Below, one piece after another: positions 51,171-61,674 of a stretch of DNA of 64,000 nt. How positions within the stretch are numbered: the stretch's first letter is position 1; the number at the start of each line of letters is the position of its first letter. Under the pieces are notes generated by a model. The model made no database searches. It worked only from the letters and a program-made list of their open reading frames with translations, and was not told the origin of the DNA. Where the stretch lies: NCBI GenBank assembly GCA_963733095.1, contig CAVTBV010000014.1, positions 1-64,000 on the forward strand. The letters run 5' to 3'. The DNA is from Candidatus Bathyarchaeota archaeon. GTDB lineage: Archaea; Thermoproteota; Bathyarchaeia; Bathyarchaeales; Bathycorpusculaceae. The position numbers were made by a program, and so were the translations under genes.

Positions 51171-51860
51171 ATGTCCATCCAGAAAACGCCGGAAAAAAAC
51201 AGCATCCTCTTCGTGTGGCTCAACAACTACGCAGGAATTCTCCTAAAAACCCCCACCAAAACCTTCGCCATCGACCCTGTAGACGTGAAAGCCAAGAAAC
51301 TCCAAAACGTAGACGCCATATTGATAACCCATGAACACTACGACCACCTCGACCCGCCCCTAGTTATAGAGATCCAAAAAGCCACAGGCTGCACCGTAAT
51401 CGCTGACTCCGCCTCAACCAAAAAACTCCAACTTGCCATCCCCAGCGACAAACTCAAAGAAATCAAGCCGGGCATGGAAATTAAAATCGGAGAAGTCTCA
51501 GTCAAAGCAGAAAAAAGCAATCACCCCGCTCAAGCTCCAGTAACATACATCTTAACCAGCGAGGACCAAGTCAAAGTGTACCATACCGCGGATAGTTTGC
51601 CTTTCCCCGAACTCGCGAAAATGGCGCAGAAAGAAAGCTTCGACATGGTGTTTTGCACTGTTGGTATTGCTCCAGGTGCATCGCCGCAGACTGGTTTTGA
51701 AATTGCATGGTTAACTAAGCCTCAGATTGCGGTTCCATATCATACAGGGACTTTTGCGAGTCAGAAGACGTTTGAGGAACTGCTAAAGAAGGAGTTGCCT
51801 CGTACTGCATGCTTGATTCCTGAACAGAACAAGATTTACCAAGTATCCAAGAGGAAGTGA
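51171..51860 (+). CDS. metallo-beta-lactamase-fold hydrolase
   Basis: ILITHEHYDHLD, YHTAD, VPYH. Confidence 0.88.
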   Translation: MSIQKTPEKNSILFVWLNNYAGILLKTPTKTFAIDPVDVKAKKLQNVDAILITHEHYDHLDPPLVIEIQKATGCTVIADSASTKKLQLAIPSDKLKEIKPGMEIKIGEVSVKAEKSNHPAQAPVTYILTSEDQVKVYHTADSLPFPELAKMAQKESFDMVFCTVGIAPGASPQTGFEIAWLTKPQIAVPYHTGTFASQKTFEELLKKELPRTACLIPEQNKIYQVSKRK

Positions 51861-51864
51861 AAAA

Positions 51865-52494
51865 ATGAAAAACCAAACCGCATCCCCAACCCAGAAGGAA
51901 AAAATGGCAAACATACTCTTCAAACTAGACGCCATAAAATTCGGAGTATACAAACTTACCAGCGGGAAAGCAAGCCCATACTACATTGACCTAAGAGTGA
52001 TTCCCAGCTTCCCCGATGCTTTCCACGAAATCTGCGACTCCTACGCCCAATACATAACCAGCCAAATAGGAGTCAAAAACTTCGACCGAATCGCCGCTAT
52101 ACCCTTAGCAGGAATCCCCTTCGCCTCCCAAATCGCATACATCCTCAAAAAACCCTTCCTGTACGTGCGCAAAGGCATTAGGCTGCATGGCAGAGAACGC
52201 CGAGTAGAAGGCATATTGGTTTCAGGAGACAAAGTGTTACTAATCGACGATTTACTTACCACAGGGCTAACCCTAAAGAAAGCTGCCGAAGTCGTGAGAG
52301 CTGAAGGCGGCGTTGTGACTGAATCAGTGGTTTTTCTTGACCGTGAAGAAGGTGGAAGAGAGTTGCTTGAGAAGAACGGCATAAAGCTTCATGCTTTGTT
52401 AAAGGTTAGTGAGATTGCAAATACACTCTATGAGATGGGTGCGATAGATGAAGAGAGCCACAAGACGATATTAAAACAGGTAAAGAAGCATTAA
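51865..52494 (+). CDS. pyrE: orotate phosphoribosyltransferase
   Basis: LTSGKASPYYIDLR, LLIDDLLTTG. Confidence 0.95.
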   Translation: MKNQTASPTQKEKMANILFKLDAIKFGVYKLTSGKASPYYIDLRVIPSFPDAFHEICDSYAQYITSQIGVKNFDRIAAIPLAGIPFASQIAYILKKPFLYVRKGIRLHGRERRVEGILVSGDKVLLIDDLLTTGLTLKKAAEVVRAEGGVVTESVVFLDREEGGRELLEKNGIKLHALLKVSEIANTLYEMGAIDEESHKTILKQVKKH

Positions 52495-52501
52495 AACGGG
52501 G

Positions 52502-53062
52502 TTATTCGTAGTAGATTAGGGTGGTTTCTTCGAGTAGCGAATGCAATTTATCTACGGCTTCGTAGACGTCTTGTTCTTTTTTGGCGCCGGTGCAGACCAG
52601 TTTGCCGCTGGCAAAAAGTAGAATCACAACTTTTGGCTCTACCATACGGTAGATTAAGCCTGGGAACTGTTCCGGCTCATACATCGCATGATCCAGCGTG
52701 TAAGCCGCTTTTTCTAAGTCAATCAGGCCGCCCAAAATGCCTGAGGCAACGATGTTTTGTATTTTTAGTTCGGGTTTGCTTATGATTATGATGCCGCCTT
52801 TCTTGAGTTCTTTCACGACTTTTGTCACGGCTCGGCGGGCTTCCTTCTCCGACTTCGCACCCGTACACACCATCTTTCCCGAACTGAAAATCAAAGTGGC
52901 TGTTTTTGGACGTTTTAGGCGGAAGACTAAGCCCGGAAACTGTTCAGGGCGATATTCTACGCCTGGGTAGCCTTTGACAACAGCGTTTAAGTCGACTTTT
53001 TGGTTAAGCGTTGCGGATGCGACTACATTTTCTATGCTTAGTTGTGCTTTAACTTTTGGCAA
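52502..53062 (-). CDS. tbp: TATA-box binding protein
   Basis: Two repeats of NVVAS...YEPEQFPGL...GKLVCTGAK. Confidence 0.98.
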   Translation of the reverse strand: MPKVKAQLSIENVVASATLNQKVDLNAVVKGYPGVEYRPEQFPGLVFRLKRPKTATLIFSSGKMVCTGAKSEKEARRAVTKVVKELKKGGIIIISKPELKIQNIVASGILGGLIDLEKAAYTLDHAMYEPEQFPGLIYRMVEPKVVILLFASGKLVCTGAKKEQDVYEAVDKLHSLLEETTLIYYE

Positions 53063-53100
53063 ACAATCTTTCCCTCGGTTCTATCGCCTTTCTTGAATGT

Positions 53101-53805
53101 TCATTTATCAAAGGCTTTCTTTATAAAGACATCTATAGCTGGCTGTCCTTGGGGGGTGTTGTGCAGTTTTTTCCTCTTATTTTTAGCAAGCGGCATCACA
53201 AACTCGATAATAATTAATAAAATTATCGATGCAACTACAACTGGCAGAGCCCACGAATTACCCCTCATGATTAGGGTAATCCAACCTAACCATGGAATCC
53301 GCAAAATTACCTTTCCCTCAACAAGGTTCTGGGGGACTCCTCTTGAATCGGGAATATTATCATGGTAAATTAGGAACATCGGGCCACAGTGTGGGTCCGT
53401 TGCCGTTGCCCTCGGTCTTGAAGTATAGGGTGCTGTTGATTTCTTGTTCTGAAACGATTCGGTAGACGATGGGTGTTACACCGTTGGGGTTCTTGTAGAC
53501 GATTATGTCGATCTCGAGATAGTTGGCGTTTAAGTCGGCTGGGTTTACTGCCTGAATGATTATGATGTCGCCCTTGTGTAAGGTTTGGGCAAACGGATGG
53601 TCTAACGAGAGCAAGCCATCACGCCCCGCCATAAGGAACGCCATGCTGCCGCTTTCAACAACTCTAATTGGAACTATAACCCTAAAACCAGCTGCATGCC
53701 GAAGAATAGTCCTGCAAGGATGGCAACAATCAAGGCGATGGGGACGGCAGTTTTGAAGTAATCGTTTTTCCAGATTTTCTTTAAATTAACCGCTTGCTTT
53801 GCCAT
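53101..53805 (-). pseudogene. signal peptidase I (Sec11-type), frameshifted
   Basis: N-terminal TM, VVESGSM, TLHKGD, PIVYRI (catalytic H replaced by Y), GKVILRIPWLGW, spread over three frames. Confidence 0.82.
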
Positions 53806-53924
53806 CTGTCGAACCTAACGTTCAGTTTATTAGCAAACGCTTGGTTTTAATACTACCGTTCACTTAAAAAGAAAAAATAGAGCGTGCCAAATGTTGGCAG
53901 CTATCTTTGGTTAGTTTTGGCTGT

Positions 53925-54095
53925 TTAGATTTTTTGTTTACTTAGTACTTCGCGGAATACGTTGCCACATTTTGGGCATTCGTAGAGTCCGATTTCCAGT
54001 TGCATGCGTTTTCCAGCTTTATCTGGTCTACCAGCCATTTTCCATGTCTTTTTTGGCTTTGCTACTTCTGTTGCACATTTTGGACATTTAGCCAT
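53925..54095 (-). CDS. Cren7-like chromatin protein with Zn ribbon
   Basis: MAKCPKCATEVAKPKKTWKMAGRPDKAGKRMQLEIGLYECPKCGNVFREVLSKQKI; GGAGG SD; not in the ORF track. Confidence 0.82.
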   Translation of the reverse strand: MAKCPKCATEVAKPKKTWKMAGRPDKAGKRMQLEIGLYECPKCGNVFREVLSKQKI

Positions 54096-54382
54096 TTAAT
54101 TTTCCTCCGTGTATATGCTTCCATGCTTTAGGCTGATAAGATAAAAAACTTTCCGTAGTTTTTCCATAGATATTTTTCTTTTTCACGGTGTGATTAAACA
54201 TTTTTTTGTCAATAGCAAAAAGCCATGGTATAAGACATGTCGAAAGTACCTGCTGAATCCCTGCATATTCGCATGGAACAATGCCAAAAATCACAATTTC
54301 GCCTGTTAATAATGATTTTCTGCCCCAACCTTTTTTAAAGCATAAACAAAGCTATCTTCTAACAGTCGAGGGTCACTTTATA

Positions 54383-57259
54383 TTGCACGCCATTTCTGAA
54401 AACGCCTTTGAGATGCTAGTAAAGCCAGTTCGAAGGCTCGTGGAACAGAGGGGATTCTTAAAGCCGACTGAACCTCAAGCAAAAACCATTCCCAAAATTC
54501 TCGAAGGAAAAAACGTCCTGTTAATCTCGCCCACCGCAACGGGCAAAACCGAAGCAGCATTCCTGCCAATACTTAGCATGCTTTTGCAGTTGCCCAAGAC
54601 TCCAGGCATAAAAGTATTGTACATCACGCCGCTGAGGGCCTTGAACCGTGACATGCTCGAGCGGATGCAGTGGTGGTGCAACAACCTTGACATTAAACTG
54701 GCGGTTAGGCATGGCGACACTGAAACAAAGGAGAGAACTCGCCAGTCACAATGCCCACCCGACATCCTCATAACAACGCCAGAAACCCTGCAAGCTATAC
54801 TTACGGGGTGGCTGCTACGTCAGAGCCTCCAGAGTCTCAAGTGGATAGTTATTGACGAGGTGCATGAGTTAGCGGATAGCAAACGCGGAAGCCAACTGTC
54901 CCTCGCGCTTGAGCGCATACGGGATTTAATCGGCAGAGACTTCCAAATGGTCGGTTTATCCGCCACCGTTGGAACCCCCGACAAAGTGGCCCAGTTCCTC
55001 GTCGGCGATAAACGTCCAGTCGAAATAATCCGTGTTCCCGTTGCCAAAATGGTGAAGTTGCAGGTTATTTATCCTAAGCCGACCGAAGAAGACATACAGT
55101 TCGCCAGCAAAATCTACACCCACCCAGAAGTCGCCGCAAGACTCAGAATCATACGCGACTACATGTGCAAACGCAAATCCGTACTCCTCTTCACCAATAC
55201 CCGCTCGGTCTCGGAGGTCTTGGCTTCACGCTTCAAAGTGTGGGATGCTGAATTTCCAATCTCAATTCACCATGGATCCCTAACTAAGCCTTCACGCATT
55301 GCAGCCGAAACAGGCCTCAAAAAAGGTGCCCTCAAAGGCTTAATCGCCACCAGCAGTCTAGAACTCGGCATAGATGTTGGTCACATCGACCTTGTCATCC
55401 AATATATGAGTCCACGTCAGGTTTCACGTTTAATCCAGCGAGTTGGCAGGGCAGGACACACCTATGGGAAACTGTCTGAAGGAGTAATTATCGGGATGGA
55501 TTCTGATGATACGCTTGAAGCGTTGGTTATTGCTAGGCGTGCGTTGAGTGAAGAGTTGGAGCCGCTTTTCGTTCCAGAGAAGCCGTATGACGTTTTGGCT
55601 CATCAGATTGCTGGGCTGCTGCTCAAGAACCGTCGTTTGGCTTTCAACGAAATCTTGGCGTTGGCACGTAACGCTGCTCCCTTCGAGAACCTAACGCTGG
55701 CTGACGTTGAAAAGATACTCAAATACATGCATAATCGGTTTCCACGTTTAGCTTGGGCATCTTTTGAGGATCAAGTGGTGCTAAGGCCCCAGCGGACGAA
55801 GGCGTTGTTTGAGTACTATTTTGATAATTTATCGATGATTCCAGAAGAGAAACAGTTCTTAGTCATCGACGAATCAACCGACACATCCATCGGCGTTTTA
55901 GACGAAGCCTTCATGGCAGAATACGGTAAACCAGGCACAAAATTCATCATCCGTGGCAGCCCATGGCAAATCATCCACGCCACCGAAGAGAAAGTTTACG
56001 TTCGCCCTGTTGACGACCCCACAGGTTCCATACCCAGCTGGATTGGCGAGGAAATTCCTGTTCCCTACGAGGTAGCGCAGGAACTGGCGGAGGTTCGCGG
56101 TTTCGCCGAGGAACAAACCCAACATGGAGCCTCAGGAGAACAAATTAGTGCGATGCTTGCTGAACGCTACCCTGCAGACCAAGAGACCATTCTGCATGCG
56201 TTAGAAGAAACCTTAGAGCAAGTACATAGCGGTTTTCCTGTTCCTACGCCCAAGAGGATTGTGGTTGAGGATTGGGGCGAATTTGTTATCGTGCATTCAA
56301 ATTTTGGTTCACTGATTAATCGAGCGCTGGCTCAGTTTCTGGGGCAGGTGTTGTCTGATAAGCTGGGACGCGGCATCGTTGTGCAGCATGACCCTTACCG
56401 CATCTTTGTACAAACCATGGGCGCCATGACTGCTGAACGCCTCGTTGAGGTCTTAAAAGACATTCAGGGCATGAGTGAAAAAGCTATCAGAGACACGCTG
56501 ACGCAGTCAACGGTGAAGACTGGATTGTTCAAAAGACGCGTAATTCAAGTTGCCCGGCGGTTTGGGGCACTCAAGAAGTGGGCTGACTTTGGCAGCGTAA
56601 GCATCCAAAAATTGATTACGAGTTTTGAGGGAACCCCGATTTACGATGAGGGGCTAAAGGAGGTTTTCTCCAAAGACCTTGACAGCGACGGTTTGGTCAT
56701 GGTGTTGGGACGCCTGCGGGATGGCGCTGTCCGACTGCAGGTGGTTGAGACAGGCGGCAACGCAACTCCAGTTGCCCGCATAGGAATCGAGAGGGTCAGC
56801 ATGAAAACCGACCTTATCCCACCTGAACAGATGCGTGCTGTTTTAGTTGAATCTGCAAAAGCAAGGCTGCTAAATGAGACTGGCAACTTCGTGTGCACAG
56901 CCTGCTGGGATTACATGGAGATGATACGTATCAAAGACCTGCCTGACAAACCCAAATGTCCACGGTGCGGGTCCTATGCGATTGGGATGCTCAAGATTGA
57001 AGAAGAGAAGGCTTTGCCGCTTATCGAAAAAAGAGGAGAAAAACTGGGAAAGAACGAGGAGAAAATGCAGATGTATGCACGGCAAACTGCGGAGTTAATT
57101 GAAAAATACGGTAAAATGGCTGCGGTGGCTTTGAGTGCACGGCGTGTTTCATCAGCGGATGTTAGAGCTGTCTTGGAAAAGGAACCCAAGCTTTCAGACA
57201 AGTTCTACGAATTAGTTCTTGAGGCTGAACGCAAAGAGCTCAGCAAACGGTTCAGGTAA
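54383..57259 (+). CDS. lhr: Lhr-family SF2 helicase
   Basis: SPTATGKT, TPLRALNRD, DEVH, HHGSL, QRVGRAGH, C-terminal Zn ribbon; start uncertain. Confidence 0.93.
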   Translation: MHAISENAFEMLVKPVRRLVEQRGFLKPTEPQAKTIPKILEGKNVLLISPTATGKTEAAFLPILSMLLQLPKTPGIKVLYITPLRALNRDMLERMQWWCNNLDIKLAVRHGDTETKERTRQSQCPPDILITTPETLQAILTGWLLRQSLQSLKWIVIDEVHELADSKRGSQLSLALERIRDLIGRDFQMVGLSATVGTPDKVAQFLVGDKRPVEIIRVPVAKMVKLQVIYPKPTEEDIQFASKIYTHPEVAARLRIIRDYMCKRKSVLLFTNTRSVSEVLASRFKVWDAEFPISIHHGSLTKPSRIAAETGLKKGALKGLIATSSLELGIDVGHIDLVIQYMSPRQVSRLIQRVGRAGHTYGKLSEGVIIGMDSDDTLEALVIARRALSEELEPLFVPEKPYDVLAHQIAGLLLKNRRLAFNEILALARNAAPFENLTLADVEKILKYMHNRFPRLAWASFEDQVVLRPQRTKALFEYYFDNLSMIPEEKQFLVIDESTDTSIGVLDEAFMAEYGKPGTKFIIRGSPWQIIHATEEKVYVRPVDDPTGSIPSWIGEEIPVPYEVAQELAEVRGFAEEQTQHGASGEQISAMLAERYPADQETILHALEETLEQVHSGFPVPTPKRIVVEDWGEFVIVHSNFGSLINRALAQFLGQVLSDKLGRGIVVQHDPYRIFVQTMGAMTAERLVEVLKDIQGMSEKAIRDTLTQSTVKTGLFKRRVIQVARRFGALKKWADFGSVSIQKLITSFEGTPIYDEGLKEVFSKDLDSDGLVMVLGRLRDGAVRLQVVETGGNATPVARIGIERVSMKTDLIPPEQMRAVLVESAKARLLNETGNFVCTACWDYMEMIRIKDLPDKPKCPRCGSYAIGMLKIEEEKALPLIEKRGEKLGKNEEKMQMYARQTAELIEKYGKMAAVALSARRVSSADVRAVLEKEPKLSDKFYELVLEAERKELSKRFR

Positions 57260-58215
57260 GCTGTATTCAGTAATTTTTGTTTAGTTGAATTTTTCTGTAA
57301 GTTGTCCATCGGAGTTTGTTTTGGTTTAAAGAGCTTTGCTTCTATTGCTAAACTAAAATTCGTTCTCATGTCAATCAATGTGATAACTTCAAGTATGGTT
57401 AGTGTGGCGACGGCGATTAGTGGAACCAAATCGTACGAATAAATCTGTGAAACAATGTCACCATTAACTTCTGTTAGCAAAAAGTTCAGTCCTATGTTGT
57501 GGTAGAAGAAAAAGGGCAAGTTTAGCGCCGCAAGAAACGCAACCGCGCCCACCCCAAACTTTAACAGTTTTTGTCTGTTGTACCACAGAAGCAGAGGAAC
57601 GGCGAGGAGTGCCCCGCGGGGGTCGAATGCGGCTACTGCGAATAGGAATGCGGAAAACCATGGTTTTTTAGAGAACCCAAAGTACAGGGCGCCTACGATG
57701 AGAGAGGTTTGGATTACGTGGGCGTTTGCTTGAGCGTAGCCCCAGTAGTAACCGGGTTGGAAAGCAATCAATACCGCGAAGGCAGATATGGCGCCCCATA
57801 ATGGGTTTTTGTCTTCCACGATTTTGTAAACAAAGAACGCCAAGGCAAAGATAGAGACAAACTGCAGTATATCAAAGACGTTGATCGCATCTTGGTAACT
57901 TAACGCAATAAAAGGCGCGAAAAAAATCAGAAAAGACGGTGTGTACTTGAAGGTTTGAACATTTGGAGGAATATAATAGTCACCCGGCTGGTTGCCGCCT
58001 ATGTAGATGGTTGTTGGATTGTGGAATAAACGCCATTCGCCGATGTAGTACGCTGAAAAATCTCTTGCATAAACTGGGGACATGGGCTTAAATGTTTCTG
58101 GATAGGCAGAGAGAAAAGTGAAAGCGTTTAGTGCGACTGCTATGGCAATTACTATGATGAGGATTTTCTTGAATTTAGACTGCACTTCTCTTTCCATCCC
58201 AAGCGGGTTCTGCAA
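57205..58215 (-). CDS. GT87/DUF2029-like membrane glycosyltransferase
   Basis: RDFSAYY, FKYTPSFL, multi-TM. Confidence 0.75.
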   Translation of the reverse strand: MQNPLGMEREVQSKFKKILIIVIAIAVALNAFTFLSAYPETFKPMSPVYARDFSAYYIGEWRLFHNPTTIYIGGNQPGDYYIPPNVQTFKYTPSFLIFFAPFIALSYQDAINVFDILQFVSIFALAFFVYKIVEDKNPLWGAISAFAVLIAFQPGYYWGYAQANAHVIQTSLIVGALYFGFSKKPWFSAFLFAVAAFDPRGALLAVPLLLWYNRQKLLKFGVGAVAFLAALNLPFFFYHNIGLNFLLTEVNGDIVSQIYSYDLVPLIAVATLTILEVITLIDMRTNFSLAIEAKLFKPKQTPMDNLQKNSTKQKLLNTAYLNRLLSSLRSASRTNS

Positions 58216-58389
58216 GTTTTTAGCCTTAATTTAAGCCAAGGGATTTTTCATCTTTTACCAAAAGTATTCGAACATGTTATTAGCTTTTCGCGAACTCAGC
58301 AGAATCTTAATTGACAATACAGCAACTTTTTAAGCAAAGAGATTCCTATTTGGCTTAACTGCTTGTTATACTCAGTGGGGCATTAGAGT

Positions 58390-58716
58390 TTGGAAATAAG
58401 CCGAAAAAACCTGCGTAACGAAGTTTTAGAACGCATAAAATATGTTAAAACCTGCGTAATGGCGCGGGAACTCTGCTTACTTGTACGCACCAATAGAGCA
58501 GTTCTGGAACCCCAAGACGTCCAAGAAATCTGCCAATACATCTCAAACCTCTGCAAAGAAGAAGGCTGCAAAGAACCAAGCGAACTGTGCAACAAAGCCG
58601 CAAGCGCTATAGGTAAAGCTGATGAAGAAAGCTACCTCGACTTATGCGCCCAAAGCTGCGTAAAATGCGGCGAAGCCAAAAGACCCCAATCGAAAAAAGA
58701 CGCATATGTGGCATAA
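58390..58716 (+). CDS. Cys-rich hypothetical protein
   Basis: 108 aa with several Cys; upstream of the methyltransferase. Confidence 0.7.
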   Translation: MEISRKNLRNEVLERIKYVKTCVMARELCLLVRTNRAVLEPQDVQEICQYISNLCKEEGCKEPSELCNKAASAIGKADEESYLDLCAQSCVKCGEAKRPQSKKDAYVA

Positions 58717-58755
58717 AAGCATGACTGTTTATCTTGTAAAAAGAAGGAACTGAAT

Positions 58756-59232
58756 ATGTTTATTGCTCCTTTTGTTCCAAGCCCACAAACCGTTGTCGAA
58801 TACATGCTTAAGCTGGCTGATTTGAAGGCTGGCGAAGTCCTCTTTGATATGGGTTCAGGAGACGGAAGAACCGTGATTACGGCGGCGAAGACTTTTGGCG
58901 CCCGCGGTGTCGGCATTGAACTGCGGGAGGATTTGGCGAAGAAAGCGATGGGTAACATTCATGAGAAAGGTCTTGATGACCGCGTAACAATCATGAACGC
59001 TGACATGTTCAACGTAAACTTAACCTCCGCAGACGTGGTTTACCTCTACTTAACAACTAGCGCTAACGAGAAAATCAAGCCCAAACTAGAAAGTGACCTC
59101 AAAAAAGGCGCACGCGTCGTCTCACATGACTACGAGATTATCGGTTGGCGCCCCACCAAAGTTGAAAACTTCTGCGAAAACCCCAAACTAGGCTACCCTT
59201 CACATACGATTTACCTATACAGAAAACCTTAA
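58756..59232 (+). CDS. SAM-dependent (protein-lysine-type) methyltransferase
   Basis: PFVPSP, DMGSGDGR, GIE, VVSHDY. Confidence 0.9.
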   Translation: MFIAPFVPSPQTVVEYMLKLADLKAGEVLFDMGSGDGRTVITAAKTFGARGVGIELREDLAKKAMGNIHEKGLDDRVTIMNADMFNVNLTSADVVYLYLTTSANEKIKPKLESDLKKGARVVSHDYEIIGWRPTKVENFCENPKLGYPSHTIYLYRKP

Positions 59233-59302
59233 GTGCCCACTCAGCTTTTTGGAAAAGAATTTAATACTCTTCCATTTTTGTTTCGTTAAGAGGTTTCCTA
59301 AA

Positions 59303-59790
59303 ATGCATTTTGTTCCATGGCAGAACGTTGCGGATTGGCGTTGTAAAGCCTGTGGTTACTGCTGCAAGCCCTAAGTGTTGTTTTAGGTTTTCTTGAGTGG
59401 CTAAATATTTCGAGGTACTTTGGCGTTGAAACCACTGTGTCAGGCTTAGGGCGCTTCTTCCTAAAACGCACCAGCGACGGCTCTGCAGTTTTCTCTGCAA
59501 CAAAGCAAATACATACTTCTGGAGCTTGTAAGGCATGAAGCCAGAAGCATGCAAAATCTGGATCTTCAAAGTGCTCTCAGAACCAAAATACGATGGAGCC
59601 AATCAGGTGGCATTCGACTACATGGGGCATCAAACTCTACGTTTACATAGACACACTATGCAGTGGCTTAAGGTGTGGAACACCAACATGGGATTTTCGT
59701 TACACAACCATAATTCGCTGAACTGGCTTTGGGCATAAGGCACATGCAGTTCAAAACTACCCGATATCAAAGTTATCTGACCCTACCGTA
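59303..59790 (+). pseudogene. YkgJ-family (CxxCxxCC) Cys-cluster protein, multiply frameshifted
   Basis: MHFVPWQNVADWRCKACGYCCKP, then VVLGFLEWL...FFLKRTSDG, MKPEACKIW.FKV and IKLYVYIDTLCSGL in shifting frames. Confidence 0.78.
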
Positions 59791-59955
59791 GTTAATGGAG
59801 CCATCTATGCTTCTCCGTATCCAGCGTATCCTGAAAATCCGCAAAAGGCTATCTGAAAAAAATTGATAGAACTGAAGCATGTCATTTTTGATTGCTTTAA
59901 AACGAGATGTAAAAAGATATATAGAATAAAAGAATAAAAAGGACTCAGATTGCAT

Positions 59956-60708
59956 ATGAGAGTAGGACTTTTTGGGTTTGGAAGGGCAGGAAAAGCCGTT
60001 GCGACAGTGTTGCTACAAAACGAAGAAACAGACCTTTGCTGGGTTATCCGAAAATCAAAAGTATTAAAGCATCGATCAGTTCCCGAGTTTCTCGGTATCA
60101 AACACGATAACCAAGGATTAATTTTCCCCAAAGACGAATTGACACCGGAGCAGCTTTTCGACAAACATCCTGTAGACGTTATAATCGACTTTTCTTCTGC
60201 TGATGCCATATTATCTTATGGAAATGAGGCGGCCAAAAAAGGTGTAGCTATTGTAACTGCAATATCCGCTTACCCTGATGAAACAGTAGCTTTATTAAAA
60301 AACTTGTCACGGAAAACAAGAGTGCTCTGGTCTCCCAACATAACTGTTGGAATCAATTTCTTGATGCTGGCAGCTAAAATCCTTAAAAACATTGCACCTT
60401 ACACCGATATCGAAATAATTGAAGAACATTTCAAAAACAAAAAAGAAGTTTCTGGTACGGCTATAAGAATTTCAGAGGCATTAGCACTACCCGACACAGA
60501 TATTAAGTCAGTAAGAGCAGGCGGTATTGTCGGTCGTCATGAGATTATCTTCGGTTTTCCCTATCAAACAGTGCGTTTAATTCATGAATCTATACAAAGA
60601 GAAGCATTTGGTGATGGGGCGTTGTTTGCTGCTACGAACCTTGTCGATAAAAAGAAAGGATTTTACTCTATGGAGAACCTGTTAATACCATACTTTAACA
60701 TGAAATGA
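59956..60708 (+). CDS. dihydrodipicolinate reductase-like protein
   Basis: GLFGFGRAG, VIIDFS, SPN, EEHFKNKKEVSGTA, RAGGIVGRHEI, REAFGDGA. Confidence 0.85.
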   Translation: MRVGLFGFGRAGKAVATVLLQNEETDLCWVIRKSKVLKHRSVPEFLGIKHDNQGLIFPKDELTPEQLFDKHPVDVIIDFSSADAILSYGNEAAKKGVAIVTAISAYPDETVALLKNLSRKTRVLWSPNITVGINFLMLAAKILKNIAPYTDIEIIEEHFKNKKEVSGTAIRISEALALPDTDIKSVRAGGIVGRHEIIFGFPYQTVRLIHESIQREAFGDGALFAATNLVDKKKGFYSMENLLIPYFNMK

Positions 60709-60891
60709 TTATTTCACCAACTATTAAGCTCCCAGAAACGACAGCCAAGCGGAATAAGTAAGATCGTTAGCCTAAAGAACTGCAAAAACCCCTAAATTTC
60801 ATTTCAACAGGTTTGAGCTATTTTGAGGATTAAGTTATTTAGGCAGTTTCAGCTTTTACCCTCAAACATTCCATTCACAAGAGGAAATTGT

Positions 60892-61674
60892 ATGTCTAAA
60901 GCGAAAGTTGGCGTTTCAATGCTCTACTGTTTAGGTGAACCATTCAACCGCATGGTAAAACGTTTAGGAACGATGGATACTACGTACATTGAGATTTTGG
61001 ATGATGGTACTTATGATTTAAACAAATCACGCATCGTCGCGCTTAAAGAAGCAGCAAAATCTTTCAGTTTAGAATACTCGCTTCATGCTCCTTTTGCAGA
61101 CATCAATATTGCCTCGCCCGTTAAGCCCTTACTAAATGCTTCGCTCAAACGCCTCAAACAATCCCTCCAAAACGCATCCGCCATGGATGCTAAACTCTGG
61201 GTCTTCCATCCTGGGCAGCGCACGGGCATAGGACAATTTTATCCGGGAGCCGACTTCAAGCAAATGTGCAAAAGCATTCAAGAATTGTATGCCCTTGCAG
61301 AGGAATACGGCTTAAACATCGCTTTGGAGAATTTGCCATCAAAATACTGGTTCCTAATGAACTCACCCGAAGAGTTCAAAAAAATGTACAGAGAAACAGG
61401 CTTGCCCATCGGGATAACGTTGGATCTTGGACACGCCAACTTGGAGGGACAAATCCACCCCTTCTTTAACCAACTCGCCGACAAAATAGTCCATATTCAC
61501 GCCAGTAACAACGACGGCTCAGACGACCAACACCTCGGTGTCGAAGACGGAAACATCGACTATGACTGGTTTGCCCAAACGCTCAAAAAAATCGGTTACG
61601 ACAAAATTGTAGTCGTTGAATCCATGCATAAGGTACCCCAGAGCATCCAGAAGCTAAAGCAGCTACTCGCTTAA
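60892..61674 (+). CDS. sugar phosphate isomerase/epimerase (AP endonuclease 2 TIM barrel)
   Basis: SLHAPFADINIAS, FHPG, ALEN, LDLGHA, HIHASNN, DQHL. Confidence 0.88.
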   Translation: MSKAKVGVSMLYCLGEPFNRMVKRLGTMDTTYIEILDDGTYDLNKSRIVALKEAAKSFSLEYSLHAPFADINIASPVKPLLNASLKRLKQSLQNASAMDAKLWVFHPGQRTGIGQFYPGADFKQMCKSIQELYALAEEYGLNIALENLPSKYWFLMNSPEEFKKMYRETGLPIGITLDLGHANLEGQIHPFFNQLADKIVHIHASNNDGSDDQHLGVEDGNIDYDWFAQTLKKIGYDKIVVVESMHKVPQSIQKLKQLLA

